A stretch of DNA of 64,000 bases from contig OX597821.1 of NCBI GenBank assembly GCA_951406725.2, forward strand, positions 34,348,001 through 34,412,000, in the 5' to 3' direction. This document shows positions 1 to 12,968 of this stretch, piece after piece (position 1 is the stretch's first letter; every line of letters begins with the position of its first letter). The DNA is from Octopus vulgaris (Eukaryota). The position numbers were made by a program, and so were the translations under genes. The notes below the pieces were generated by a model, which was not told the origin of the DNA, ran no database searches, and worked only from the letters and a program-made list of their open reading frames with translations.

Positions 1-185
1 AGTTCAATAACTGGAACAAGTAAAAGATAAAAAATAAAAGATATGCCAGAGGAAATTTCAGATCACGTGATCATCAAACTTATAGATTCAATGCTTCGCA
101 TGAGATACTCTTTCAAGAAATATTGCGCATTCGACCAAGAAATGGTCCCACATGATTTTGTTCTACTCAATCTGTAATGCATAGA

Positions 186-990
186 AAGGCGGCGAGCTGG
201 CAGAAACATTAGCACACGGGGCGAAATACTTAGCACTATTTCGTCTGCCGCTACATTCTGAGTCCAAATTCCGCCAAGGTTGACTTTGCCTTTCATCTTT
301 TCAGGGTCGATTAAATAAGTACCAGTTACGCACTGGGGTCGAAGTAATCGACTTAATCCCTTTGTCTGTCCTTGTTTGTCCTCTCTGTGTTTAGCCCCTT
401 GTGTGCAATAAAGAAATAGGTATTTCGTCTGCCGCTACGTTCTGAGTTCAAATTCCACCGAGGTCGACTTTGTCTTTCATCCTTTCGGGGTCGATTAAAT
501 AAGTTACCAGTTACACACTGGGGTCGAAGTAATTGACTTAATCCCTTTGTCTGTCCTTGTTTGTCCTCTCTGTGTTTAGCCCCTTGTGGGTAGTAAAGAA
601 ATAGGTATTTCGTCTGCCGTTACATTCTGAGTTCAAATTCCGGCGAGGTTGACTTTGCATTTCACCCTTTCGGGGTCGATAAATTAAGGACCAGTTACGC
701 ACTAGGGTCGATGTAATCGACTTAATCCCTTTGTCCTTATTTGTCTCCTCTATGTTTAGCCTCTTGTGGGCAATAAAGAAATAAGAATCGTTTGTACGCC
801 GGGCGAAATGCTTAACTGCATTTCATCCGTCTTCACGTTCCAAGTCCAAATTCCGCTGAGGTCGACTTCGCCTATCTTTCACCCTTTCAGGGTCTATAAA
901 ATAAATACCAGTTGTGTACTGGTGCCAATGTAGTCGACTTACTCCCTTCCCCCCAAAAATGCTGGCCTTGTACAAAAAATTTGAGATCTT
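186..990 (+). mobile_element. SINE family A (tRNA-derived head, Deu/Nin-like central domain), four-unit head-to-tail array
   Basis: Head GGCGGCGAGCTGGCAGAA, B-box-like GAGTTCAAATTCC, central GTCGACTTTGCCTTTCATCCTTTCGGGGTCGATAAATTAAGTACCAG. Unit repeats at about 238, 421 and 607, and a fourth at about 785 has a different tail. Many other copies in the window. Confidence 0.85.
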
Positions 991-1379
991 TAATGCGTAC
1001 ATTGTATTTTGTTGCAAAAAAGAAATAAAAGAAAATGAAAATGTCTTAAATTAAGTAACGTTCAATTTTTGTGATGTTATTGATAAGGACAATAATTACC
1101 TTAAACAGATTCAGAATTTTCATGTTTAAGTTGCATCATTCCAAAAGAGTAAAATATTTTCTTCGTATTCACATTTAGTTTGAATCATGATCAAATAAAC
1201 GAAAATAATTAAAACAGTTAATGTTTACTCATCAGATATTAGTCTTGTCAGTAAATTAATTGACGCCACTATGAGCGCGCGCGCGTGTGTGGGTGAGAGA
1301 GAGAGAGACAGAGAGAGAGTGGGTTTTTCTGCTTGCACATTTATACGTGCACATATAGCTATATCTATCTATCTATCTA

Positions 1380-1430
<51 letters not shown>

Positions 1431-1432
<2 letters not shown>

Positions 1433-1950
1433 TTTAACATCCGCTTTCCATGCTAGCATGGGTTGGACGGTTCAACTGGGGTCTGGGGAGCCGAAGCTGC
1501 ACCAGTCCAGTCAGATCTGCAGTGTTACAGCTGGATGCCCTTCCTAACGCCAACCACTCCGAGAGTGTAGTGGGTGATTTTATGTGCCACCGACACAGGT
1601 GCCAGACGAGGCTGGCAAACGGCCACGCTCGGATGGTGTTTTATGTGCCACCGACACAGGTGCCAGACGAGGCTGGCAGACAGCCACGCTCGGATGGTGT
1701 TTTTATGTGCCACCGACACAGGTGCCAGATGAGGCTGGCAAAACGGCCACGATCGGATGGTGCTTGTTACGTGCCCACAGCACGGAGGCCAGTCGATGCG
1801 GTACTGGCTACGGCCACGTTCGGATGGTTTTCTTGTGTGCCACAAGGATACAAATTCACAGGTGCTAGATGAGGCTGGCGAACGGCCACGATCGGATGGT
1901 GTTTGTCATGTGCCCACCGCACTGACTACAGCACTGATGGATTCTTGTGT
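1431..1950 (-). mobile_element. SINE family C (V-domain-like motif, RTE-like tail) with internal ~61-bp VNTR
   Basis: Minus strand reads GGTTGGCGTTAGGAAGGGCATCCAGCTGTAA and tail CCGTCCAACCCATGCTAGCATGGAAAGCGGATGTTAAATG. Tandem units start at about 1581, 1642 and 1704. Homologous copies at 60455-61067. Confidence 0.7.
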
Positions 1951-1956
1951 GCCATT

Positions 1957-2332
1957 TACTCTTTTACTTGTTTCAGTCATTTGACTGCAGCCATGCTGGA
2001 GCACCGCCGTTTTTAGTCGAGTAAATCGACCCCAGGACTTATTCTTTATAAGCCTAGTACTTATTCTATCAGTTTCTTTTGCTGAACCGCTAAGTTACGG
2101 GGACGTAAACACACCACCGTCGGTTGTCAAGCAATGGTGGGGGGGGTGACAAACACAGACACATAAACATATACACACATACATATATATATACATATAT
2201 GCGATGGGCTTCTTCCAGTTTCCGTCTACCAAATCCACTCACAAGGCTTTGGTTGGCCTGAGGCTATAATAGAAGACACTTGCCCAAGGTTCCACGCAGT
2301 AGGTTGAACCCGGAACCATGTGGTTGGTAAGC
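1957..2332 (-). mobile_element. SINE family B (tRNA head, CORE-like CCTTGGGCAAGTG, internal CA/TA microsatellite)
   Basis: Colinear with the full-length copies at 20693-21080 and 61721-62211. Confidence 0.85.
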
Positions 2333-2426
2333 ACACACATATGCATATATGTAACAATATGTATATATGCTTATATTTATAGATACATTTATGTAATTCA
2401 CACACATACGCACGCATGAATGTATA

Positions 2427-3118
2427 CAGGTTGCGATGGATAAATTTTCGCCACTTTATATTTTTTTAATTTCGTGCATGTGCAGTTTTTGAGTTTGTCG
2501 ATTACACAGTATCGTAGGGTCAGTTGGGCTTCATCTATGAGAAAAACAGCACCATGACGCAATTTACTCTGCCAGAAATTTGGAAACGGCATGCTGTACT
2601 ACTTGGCATTCGTGCCAGAAGATCTAATACGAACAGATGGTGAACACACCGAACAATCTTTGGCTTGCCTTGTCTCCAAAATATGTGCCGAGAGTGATAA
2701 ATAACAAACATCCACTCAACATCATGGTGTTTGGAGTGATCACTAGTGATGGCAACGTTATCCTTCCATTTATCTTGCCACATGGGCCTCACACTCAACA
2801 CGGAGACCTACATCAAGTGCCTGGAGGAGATAGTACTGCCTTGGGTCAAAAGGGTGGCTGCTAGAAGACCTTATGCCTGACAACAGGACACTGCACATGT
2901 CACCCCTAACATCTAGCCACCTAACTCCCCAGACTGCAACCCTCCTGATTATTATGTGTGGCCGTGGTTGAAGCCAATGGCAATTTTGTTGAATAAATTT
3001 ACTCTTTAGTACTTGAAGATATTCTATGTAATTTCGGTAAATATATGGGTTAAAATGAAATGTCAGTGTTATTTTTATTTTTGCGTAATTTCGACAACGA
3101 TATATTCACCGCACCCTG
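2427..3118 (+). mobile_element. Internally deleted Tc1/mariner (IS630-Tc1-mariner, maT/DD37D-like) transposon
   Basis: TA|CAGGTTGCGATGGATA ... ATATTCACCGCACCCTG|TA imperfect TIRs with TA TSD. Broken transposase motifs KHPLNIMVFGVITSDG, LNTETYIKCLEEIVLPWV, Y-A-*-QQDTA and I-*-PPNSPDCNPPDYYVW. Confidence 0.85.
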
Positions 3119-3229
3119 TATATATGTATAAACATACGCATATATAAATATTATATGAATATGCTTAGGCATATGCATACAGATACCCATGTACAAAAAT
3201 CTATACCTACACATATACACACATATAAA

Positions 3230-3333
3230 TACATATACATGTATGCATTTATTCATAAATGCTCAAACTTATTTATACACAACTCATATACATACATGCA
3301 TGCATACATACATACATACATGCATGCATACAT

Positions 3334-3366
<33 letters not shown>

Positions 3367-3539
3367 TATATATATATACATACATGCATAAATACATACA
3401 TACATACATAATACACACATACACACACATATATATATATATATACATACATACATACTTACATACAAACATGCATGCATGCATGCAGGCATACATACAT
3501 ACATACATACATACATACATACATACATACATACATAAT

Positions 3540-3576
<37 letters not shown>

Positions 3577-3750
3577 CATACATGCATGCATACATACATA
3601 ATACATACATACATAATACACACATACACACACACACCTATATATATACATACATACATGTATGCATGCATACATGCATACATACATACATACATACATA
3701 CATACATACATACATACATACATACATACATACATACATGTATGCACACG
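3230..3750. repeat. (CATA)n/(TA)n compound microsatellite
   Basis: Visible directly in the sequence. Confidence 0.95.
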
Positions 3751-4374
3751 CATGCACGCTTTGTCCTTTCGACTGCAAGATAAAAAGGTAATTTGTAGCT
3801 TCGAAACATCGAAATCTACGAAAGAAAGTGGTGAGCGTAGATATAATTTCCGGGCATTTATAATTTCCTCTGTATTATTGAGAATCGCAGCACATAGTCA
3901 TCATAGTAGCAGCTATAAGTAGAGACTTCAAGGTAGGCAAAGTTCAAAAGAAATCAATTATTTCTTTATGAACCCGCGACTATGTACCAAAACTACGTTC
4001 CGATAAGCATGTCATTTCATATGAGCAAGTACATGTATTCGGCATCTCTTTATGAGATTGATTCTTTCATGAAATGACAGAGCCACTCTGAGTCTCTCTC
4101 GTCATTGAGCTGGTGTTTAACTTGAGCTTCTGTCCTCACTGGGTGAGATCAAATTAGAGTTAGATAAAATACAAATCTTACTTTCTGTTGATACCCCTCG
4201 TTAGAATGCTAATCTATCAACGAGAGCTTTCCCCACAAAGATTCTGGTACTTGAACGTTATGTCACTGATATTTGTATATGAAGTTGAAGCTGTCAAGAA
4301 ACCTCACTAACGTTCTCTATTGGCTGCTATTTCACTTTATTTCAGTAGATTTCTTCCTGTTGCTGTTCTTGCTA

Positions 4375-4550
4375 TTGCTGTTTACCCTAGGTCAACTTTG
4401 ATGTAGTATGCCGCAATAATCAAAGACATTCAAGCCTTGCTTTTCAGACACAATGCATGTTTCCATTTTAAGGCAATTGGGTATGAGTTGAAGGGAGATT
4501 TAGCTACTGTTTCGTAGCAGGTTAAACAGTTATGCTTTGGCTTTTTCAGT
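4375..4550 (-). mobile_element. Dispersed repeat family D (old retroposon-like), fragment
   Basis: Motif GGTATGAGTTGAAGGGAGATTTAGCTACTGTTTC recurs at about 27755-27950, 35218-35480 (opposite orientation), 41530-41720, 42165-42370, 43155-43340 and 59010-59425. Confidence 0.55.
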
Positions 4551-4684
4551 GAGTTATTTTCTGTAGATTTTAGACTGAGAATGGATGAACATTATTGTAT
4601 CTACTCTAATGGATACGATTCCAGTCTACCATGCATAACAGCTAGCTGTCTCTGAGATGTGATACATACCTACAGGTTACAAAG

Positions 4685-5175
4685 GTGGTGATGATAATGA
4701 TGGCAGTGCTGATGCTGACGATGCCGCTGTCGATAACGATGATGATGCTGACGGAATGATGATGGAGATAATGACGTTTATGAAGTTGATGACAGTGCAG
4801 ACGGTAATAATAATGCTAACGTTACTCTTGATGATGCAGACGATAATAATGCAAACGCTACTGATGATGATGATGAAGATGATGACGTTTATGAAGTTGA
4901 TGATGATGCAGACTATAATAATAATGCAAATGCTACTGATGATGATGATGATGATGATGACGACGACGTGGTTGACAATGATGATCACGATGAGACGAGA
5001 ACATTACTGTTACTACTGCAGATGACGATGACGGTGACAAAGCTGACGATGTGACGAACACGACGATGATGACAATAATGATGAGAACGATTCTGAGTAT
5101 GGCGATAATATTGATCGCAGAATGGTGTAGTGGCGTTGATGTTAGTAATCCGCAGACGTTGAAGATTATCGCCAA
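4685..5175. repeat. Degenerate (GAT/GAC)n triplet field with an internal duplication
   Basis: Visible directly; ATGACGTTTATGAAGTTGATGA occurs twice (about 4771 and 4882). Confidence 0.85.
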
Positions 5176-5485
5176 TATGAACTCAGTGATATGAAAGTAT
5201 AAATTTTCAACATATTATATAACAGAGTGATGAAGTCACGGACTTACAGGTCATTGCCAATTAAACTAAGGGTGTATATATACAAAGTAAATAATGAAGT
5301 AATTTATATACAATGAGTTTATGTTTGGCCTATGTATATAGATAAAGCTTAAACGGTGATGGAATGTGTCTAGTAATGTGCTTGCTATATATAATCTCAA
5401 TGCGAGTGTCAAAACACACAAGCATATAGATAAATCATAAGATTCTGGTTTACAATTGTCTGTATTTTTATATACAAGTGTAATC

Positions 5486-5538
<53 letters not shown>

Positions 5539-5545
5539 TGTGTCT

Positions 5546-5584
<39 letters not shown>

Positions 5585-5778
5585 TGTGTATGAGTAAGGT
5601 AAGTACTTAAAAGTTTAGATGAATATATGCAAGAGTTCTAGAATTTTTCTATATGCTCATGTATATCTACTCATACACAAAGGATTATGTATGACATACA
5701 CACTATATATATTCCATCACCATCTACACACACAAGCACACACAGATATATTAATCGAAGTGTATAGTATTATATATC

Positions 5779-6439
5779 TGTAGTGAATCTTGCAAGCATG
5801 AAGTGGATTCGATCTACCATAGTCAAATTTAAATTAACACTTCAACAGAACATTTTCCACGGCAGAACAATGGTTTTTCTCTGACAGCAGTTTTACATTT
5901 GCCAGATTGCCTTTAGCTAGGCCGAAACAATGTCTTCACCACTTGACCCTTATAACCTCTTCTACTTCACCAAAAGCCTATTGTTCTCAACGATATGTCT
6001 ATCTTTCTGGATAGTTATAAAAGTATGAACCCCAAGCAAAAGATAGTCAGTCACTTGGTGACGACTCGTGAGTTGAGAGAGAGAGAGAGAGAGACAGAGA
6101 AAAAGACAGAGAGAGCTAACATCAGTTAGAGAACGGACCATTAGAACCTTGGTCAGAGGGAGAAATGAAGTTTACTATCAGCGACTATGCGAGCCTTCGT
6201 CACACACTCTCACTAGCTCTAATTCTGTTCTCTTACAACATCATTCTATCTCTCTCTGTAATTACTACTAAACAATGAAGAGAACACAAACACAAACTAC
6301 ATATCTATCTTTACTTCGTATACTTTATGATATCATCACCTGCCCGTCGAGGCAAGGTGTTGTAACGTAACGGTAAATAAATACTTTCTGAAAACTTCAT
6401 GCATTGTTCATCTTTCACATCCTACAACATGCCGTTACA
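5779..6439 (+). mobile_element. Possible solo LTR
   Basis: TGTA...TACA ends, TATAAAA at about 6016 followed by AGTCAGTC, AATAAA at about 6376. No matching TSD was found. Confidence 0.35.
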
Positions 6440-6469
6440 ATTAAATTTCAACCGATACAAAAATATATG

Positions 6470-6690
6470 TGTTTATATGTGTGTGTCTGTGTTTGTCCGC
6501 CCACCATCGCTTGACAACCGATGCTGGTGTGTTTACGTCCTCGTCACTTAGCGGTTCGGCAAAAGGATCCGATAGAATAAGTACTAGGCTTACAAGGAAT
6601 AAGTCCTAAGGTCGATTTGTTCGGCTACAGGTGGTGCTCCAGCATGGCCGCAGTCAAATGACTGAAACAAGAAAAAGAGTAAAAGAAAGG
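6470..6690 (+). mobile_element. SINE family B, 3' half
   Basis: CTTGACAACCGATGCTGGTGTGTTTACGTC ... GGTGCTCCAGCATGGCCGCAGTCAAATGACTGAAACAAG. Confidence 0.85.
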
Positions 6691-6769
6691 AATATATACA
6701 CACACTCACACATAGACACACACGTATATATGGGTGTACATATATATGTACATGTATATTATATATATA

Positions 6770-6834
<65 letters not shown>

Positions 6835-7239
6835 AATGCTAATGTAATATCTATTATATACCTTACAAGATTATAAAACAATTGTAAATGAATGGAATAA
6901 ACTTGTATTCTTTCACCTCGCTTCTCTTATCCGTTCTATATGTGTACGAGTGTGTGTGCATGCATGTGAGTGATTGTATGTGTCTGTGTGTGTGGGTGTG
7001 TCTGTGTATATGTATTTATCATCGTCGTCATCATCATCATCATTGACATCATTATCATCATCACGTTTATCATCAACAGCTACATTCGTGTAGAACACTA
7101 CTGTTTTTGCCTCTGTATCTGGTAACATTTACTCTTTGTATTTATCTGAAACATTCATCTTCCCTACATATTATTATCTTTGATGTCGAAAACAGCTTCA
7201 TATCATATGTATATTATATAGTGGTCGATGATAGCTTCT

Positions 7240-7650
7240 TGTGGCTAATCAGATTTTCTCTTCAGAGCACAGAAAAGAGGAAAGAGAGAGAGAGAGAGTG
7301 TGTGTGTGTGGGAGAAGGTGAGATTCCTTATGTATGTATATATATATTATTCTACATGGTGAAGAATCTTGGTTACTTTACAAACATCGAATAGATAAAA
7401 GAACAGGAAGATATTTTCAACTGCCAAAGATCTCATCAGTTGATAATGAAATAAAAACAGTGTATTACAACAGCCTTGCCTTGAGACGGACTCCATTTAT
7501 TCCATTCTTTACCCAAGGAAATCAAGAACGTGACGATGGCTTCAGTTGAAGATTTCAAACATCACCTAAAAATGATTTTCTCCAACGTTTCAAACCGACT
7601 ACTTTTAACAGGTTTGTAATCTACGGAGAACAGCTTCCAGCAACTCAGCT
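7240..7650 (+). pseudogene. Decayed C-terminus of a CR1-group LINE ORF2
   Basis: Frameshifted translation FSLQ..KRKERE / RTGRYFQLPKI..IKTVYYNSLALR / LPKEIKNVTMASVEDFKHHL resembles the conserved post-RT end of CR1-like LINEs (recognised from memory). Confidence 0.55.
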
Positions 7651-8504
7651 GTTTCGCAAGCCACACACACACACACACACACTCAAACACAAGCATTGTT
7701 AAAATCAGAAGGAATAAGCTCCACACATGCGATAGAGCAATCGTATAAGACTTTATTGCATCCAACATGGCCAAAACGTACAATGATTGGAAAGAACGAA
7801 ACACACAAGTGGGTATACAAGCCTACGCGTATACACACATAAAGGTTTACATAGACATGTGCACGCAAGCAATTTATTTACAAGCGCATTCGCATACACA
7901 TAAAGATAATCATAGATAGAAATGGAAACGATTCATATACACAGGGCAATACAGAAATATACATTCACAAATGCATACATGCGCTCTCGTATACAATACC
8001 GGACGAACTATCCAGCAAGCTTGGAACCAGAAGTGTTCTGGATTTCTGGATATTCCCGGTTTTGTGGAGACAGTCTAAATATGTACTTGATATATCAAAT
8101 AAATTATGAAAAAGATAGAGCTTAATTGTATTTAAAACAGATTCAAATTAATACATTCCTAAGGGAGGGTTTGTTTGATATTTATTAATCCATTTAATTC
8201 CTTAAAAAATATGTCATATTCTACCATGTATGCGGTGTGGTATTTATAGGATTACGTAATATCAAACGAAGAAAAATCGAGAACAGAATTTTGTTTAACA
8301 GATAGTTACAGATTAATACACTTCTAAAGTAGAGTATGTTTAATCTTTATCAATCTATTTTAAAATGCAAGGAACAAAACTGTAGCTGTGTGGTAAGAAG
8401 CTTGCTTTCCAACCACATGGTCCTGAGTTCAGTACCACTGCGTGGCATCTTGGGTGCTTTCTACAATGGCCTCGGGCCGACCAAATTTTTGTCAGTGGGT
8501 GTGT

Positions 8505-8824
8505 GTATATATACATATATATATACATGTACATATATGTGTATCTGAATGTATATATATATTTATGTATGTATGCATGTATATGTATGTATACACACAC
8601 ACATATTTATATATACATATGCATCTATATATACATACGCATATATATATACATATATGTATGCACACATACACATATATACATACACATACATATATAT
8701 ACATATATGCATGCACACATACGCATATATATATATATATATATACATATACACATATATACATATATATATATACACATATATATATACATACATATAT
8801 AAATATAATCTATATATATATATA

Positions 8825-8857
<33 letters not shown>

Positions 8858-9239
8858 TAATGATACATATAATATGTATATAATTGTATATACATATATA
8901 TACATATATTTATATAGTTATATATACATATATATATATGTATACATATTATTTATATATGCATACATATATATACATATACATACGTATTATATAACAT
9001 ATATAAATATATATTTATATATATTTATATATAAATATAATATATATAACAATATTATGTATATATATATTCATATATATATATATATATATATATGAAT
9101 ACATATATATTTATGTGCATAATTATATATGTGTATATATATGTATGTATATTTATGTATATAAATATATACGTATGCATATGTGTATATATATGTATAC
9201 GTATATATATATGTGTATATATATATATGTATATATGTG

Positions 9240-9270
<31 letters not shown>

Positions 9271-9315
9271 GCGTATGTGTGCATGCATATATGTATGTGT
9301 ATGTGTGCATACATA
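8505..9315. repeat. (TA)/(CA)/(TG) compound microsatellite field
   Basis: Visible directly; begins in the internal microsatellite of a SINE B head at about 8380-8505. Confidence 0.95.
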
Positions 9316-9316
9316 A

Positions 9317-11192
9317 GGTGGGTCAACTGGTTGGCTGGTTTGTCGGTTAGTCGTGGGTCGGCTGGTTGGCTGGTTTGTCGGTCGGTCGTTGATCAGCTGG
9401 TTGGCTGGTATGTCGGTTGGTTGTTAGTTGGCTGGTTGGTCGGTGGGTCGCCTTGTTGGCTGGTTTGTTGGTTGGTTGTGGGTCGCCTTGTTGGCTGGTT
9501 TGTCGGTTGGTCTGTTGGCAGGTTGCTCGGTGGGTAGGCTGGTTGGCTGGTTTGTCGGTTGGTCGTGGGTCGGCTGGTTGGCTGGTTTGTCGGTCGGTCG
9601 TTGATCAGCTGGTTGGCTGGTATGTCGGTTGGTTGTTAGTTGGCTGGTTGGTCGGTGGGTCGCCTTGTTGGCTGGTTTGTCGGTTGGTCGTGGGTCGGCT
9701 GGTTGGCTGGTATGTCGGTTGGTTGTTAGTTGGCTGGTTTGTCGGTCGGTCGTTGATCAGCTGGTTGGCTGGTATGTCGGTTGGTCGTGGGTCGGCTGGT
9801 TGGCTGGTATGTCGGTTGGTTGTTAGTTGGCTGGTTGGTCGGTGGGTCGCCTTGTTGGCTGGTTTGTTGGTTGGTTGTGGGTCGGCTTGTTGGCTGGTTT
9901 GTCGGTTGGTCGATGATCGGCTGGTTAGCTTGTATGTCGGTTGATTACTGGTTGGCTGGTTGGTCGGTGGATCGCCTTGTTGGCTGGTTGTCGGTTGGTC
10001 GTGGGTTGGCTGGTTTGCTGGTTTGTCGGCTGGTTGCTGGTTGGCTTGTATGTCGGTTGGTTGCTAGTTGACTGGTTGGTCGGTGGGTCACCTTGTTGGC
10101 TGGTTTGTCGGTTGGTCGTGGGTCGGCTGGTTGGCTGGTATGTCGGTTGGTTGTTAGTTGGCTGGTTTGTCGGTCGGTCGTTGATCAGCTGGTTGGCTGG
10201 TATGTCGGTTGGTCGTGGGTCGGCTGGTTGGCTGGTTTGTCGGTTGGTCGTTGATCAGCTGGTTGGCTGGTATGTCGGTTGGTTGTTAGTTGGCTGGTTG
10301 GTCGGTGGGTCGCCTTGTTGGCTGGTTTGTTGGTTGGTCGTGGGTCGGCTGGTTGGCTGGTTTGTCGGTCGGTCGTTGATCAGCTGGTTGGCTGGTATGT
10401 CGGTTGGTCGTGGGTCGGCTGGTTGGCTGGTTTGTCGGTTGGTCGTTGATCGGCTGGTTGGCTTGTATGTCGGTTGGTTGCTAGTTGACTGGTTGGTCGG
10501 TGGGTCACCTTGTTGGCTGGTTTGTCGGTTGGTCGTGGATCGGCTGGTTGGCTTGGTTTGTCGGTTGGTTGCTGGTTGGCTGGTTGGTCGGTGGGTCACC
10601 TTGTTGGCTGGTTTGTCGGTTGGTCGTGGTTCGCCTGGTTGGCTGGTTTGTCAAGTTGGTCGTTGATCAGCTGGTTGGCTGGTGTGTTGGGTGGTTGCTT
10701 GTTGGCTGGTTGGTCGGTGGGTCAACTGGTTGGCTGGTTTGTCGGTTGGTCGTGTGTCGGCTGGTTGGCTGGTTTGTCGGTTGGTTGTTGGTTGGTTGGT
10801 TGGTCGGGGTGTCGCTTTCTTGGCTGGTTTGTCGGTTGGTCGTGGTTCTACTGGTTGGGTGGTTTTTTCGGTTGGGCGTTGATCGGTTTGTTGGCTGGTT
10901 TGTCAGTTGGTTGCTAGTTGGCTGGTTGGTCGGTGGGTCAACTGGTTGGCTGGTTTGTCGGTTGGTCGTGTGTCGGCTAGTCGGCTGGTTTGTCGGTTGG
11001 TTACTAGTTGGTTGGTTGGTTGGTCGGGGTGTCGCTTTCTTGGCTGGTTTGTCGGTTGGTCGTGGTTCTACTGGTTGGGTGGTTTTTTCGGTTGGGCGTT
11101 GATCGGTTTGTTGGCTGGTATGTCAGTTGGTTGCTAGTTGGCTGGTTGGTCGGTGGGTCTCCTTGTTAGCTGGTTTGTCGGTTGGTCGTGGG
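9317..11192. repeat. G/T-rich minisatellite, ~35-bp monomer with higher-order repeats
   Basis: Monomer GGTTGGCTGGTTTGTCGGTTGGTCGTGGGTCGGCT with variant units. A ~215-bp higher-order block is duplicated at about 10717-11150. Confidence 0.9.
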
Positions 11193-11198
11193 TAATAG

Positions 11199-11500
11199 GG
11201 ATCTTTTCGGTTGGAACGGCAGTTTGTAAGATATTTGTTGTTTTTTTCTTCAATTTCTGAAATTTCAACCAATCAGTGACGTCTATTGAGTTAAAAAGCA
11301 TTTTGTGCGGTATGAATATGTCCCTCGTTTAAGAAACAGATTGGGTTTATTTACATTTGTGAAGAAAAAAAGATACCCTTCCCCGACCCCTAACCCTAAA
11401 ACAGATTGAAATGCAATAGATCGATACTAGGGTCATAATTATGGGTGACATTTTCATATGACACCGCTAGAAAAAACTGCTGTTCAAACCGAAAAGATCC
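11199..11500. mobile_element. GGATCTTTTC-ended MITE, internally deleted, no TSD
   Basis: Same TIRs as the other five copies, but flanks GGTAATAG and CAAACCTT do not match. Confidence 0.85.
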
Positions 11501-11729
11501 CAAACCTTTTTTTAAAAAGCCCTGGGGTCGATTTGTTCGACTAAAAACTCGTAAAGGTGGTGCCCCAGCATGGCCATTTAAATGGCTGAAACAAGTAAAA
11601 GAGCAACAGACAAAAGACACTATATGCAAATTAACCAAAATTAAAAAACAGTGCCTCAATACAGGGTATAATATATTGCATGAAACGGTACAGTATTCCC
11701 GGATTTCTATAGAAGCGCGAAACTCTCTC

Positions 11730-12077
11730 TTTACTCTTTTACTTGTTTCAGTCATTTGACTGCGGCCATGCTGGAGCACCGCCTTTAATCGAGCAACTCG
11801 ACCCCGGGACTTATTCTTTTGTAAGCCCAGTACTTATTCTATCGGTCTCTTTTGCCGAACCGCTAAGTAACAGGGACATAGACATACCAGCATCGGTTGT
11901 CAAGCAATGCTAGGGGGACAAACACAGACACACAAACACACACACGCTTCTTTCAGTTTCCGTCAACCAAATCCACTCACAAGGCTTTGGTCGGCCCGAG
12001 GTGCCACGCAGTGGGACTGAACCCGGAACCATGTGATTGGTAAACAAGCTACTTACCACACAGCCACTCCTGCGCCT
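11730..12077 (-). mobile_element. SINE family B (with deletions)
   Basis: Colinear with the full-length copies. Confidence 0.85.
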
Positions 12078-12244
12078 ATTACCTTATTCAGAGAATTAAG
12101 CTTATGAGCTATGTTTTTTTGATAGCCATCCGCTTCTGAATGAAAACTTCTGTCGCTTGAATGTATTTGTGTGTGTGTGTGTGCGTGTGTGTGTTGCACC
12201 AATATTGCCGGAACGAGTAATTGGTTAGTTTACTGAAGGCAGTG

Positions 12245-12312
<68 letters not shown>

Positions 12313-12547
12313 TAATAATAATAATAATAATAATAATAATTAATTTAATAACACTCAGCAAACATTTTAACAAGATTTATCATCGTTGCCAAGACATATG
12401 AAGTTGGTCGTGCATTGCAAATATACACATAGAATTCGGCAAGATGAACGAAATATAATATAACATGCAAAATAGCTGGATATCAGAATTCACCATTGGG
12501 ACTGGAGTAAACGCAAGGAATATATATATATATATATATATATAAAG

Positions 12548-12968
<421 letters not shown>

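Noticed and set aside
1578-1800. Regular ~61-bp repeats suggestive of a CRISPR array
   Set aside because: Whole units repeat with no unique spacers, the context is eukaryotic and no cas genes are present; it is a VNTR in a SINE.
4181-4290. Minus-strand exon candidate with GTAAGA donor
   Set aside because: Stop codons in all three frames.
7990-8070. Tigger/pogo-like terminal sequence
   Set aside because: Only one end was seen, with no matching TIR or TSD.
9115-11137. Overlapping W/L/V/G-rich ORFs resembling membrane proteins
   Set aside because: Artefact of an A-poor satellite that rarely forms stop codons.
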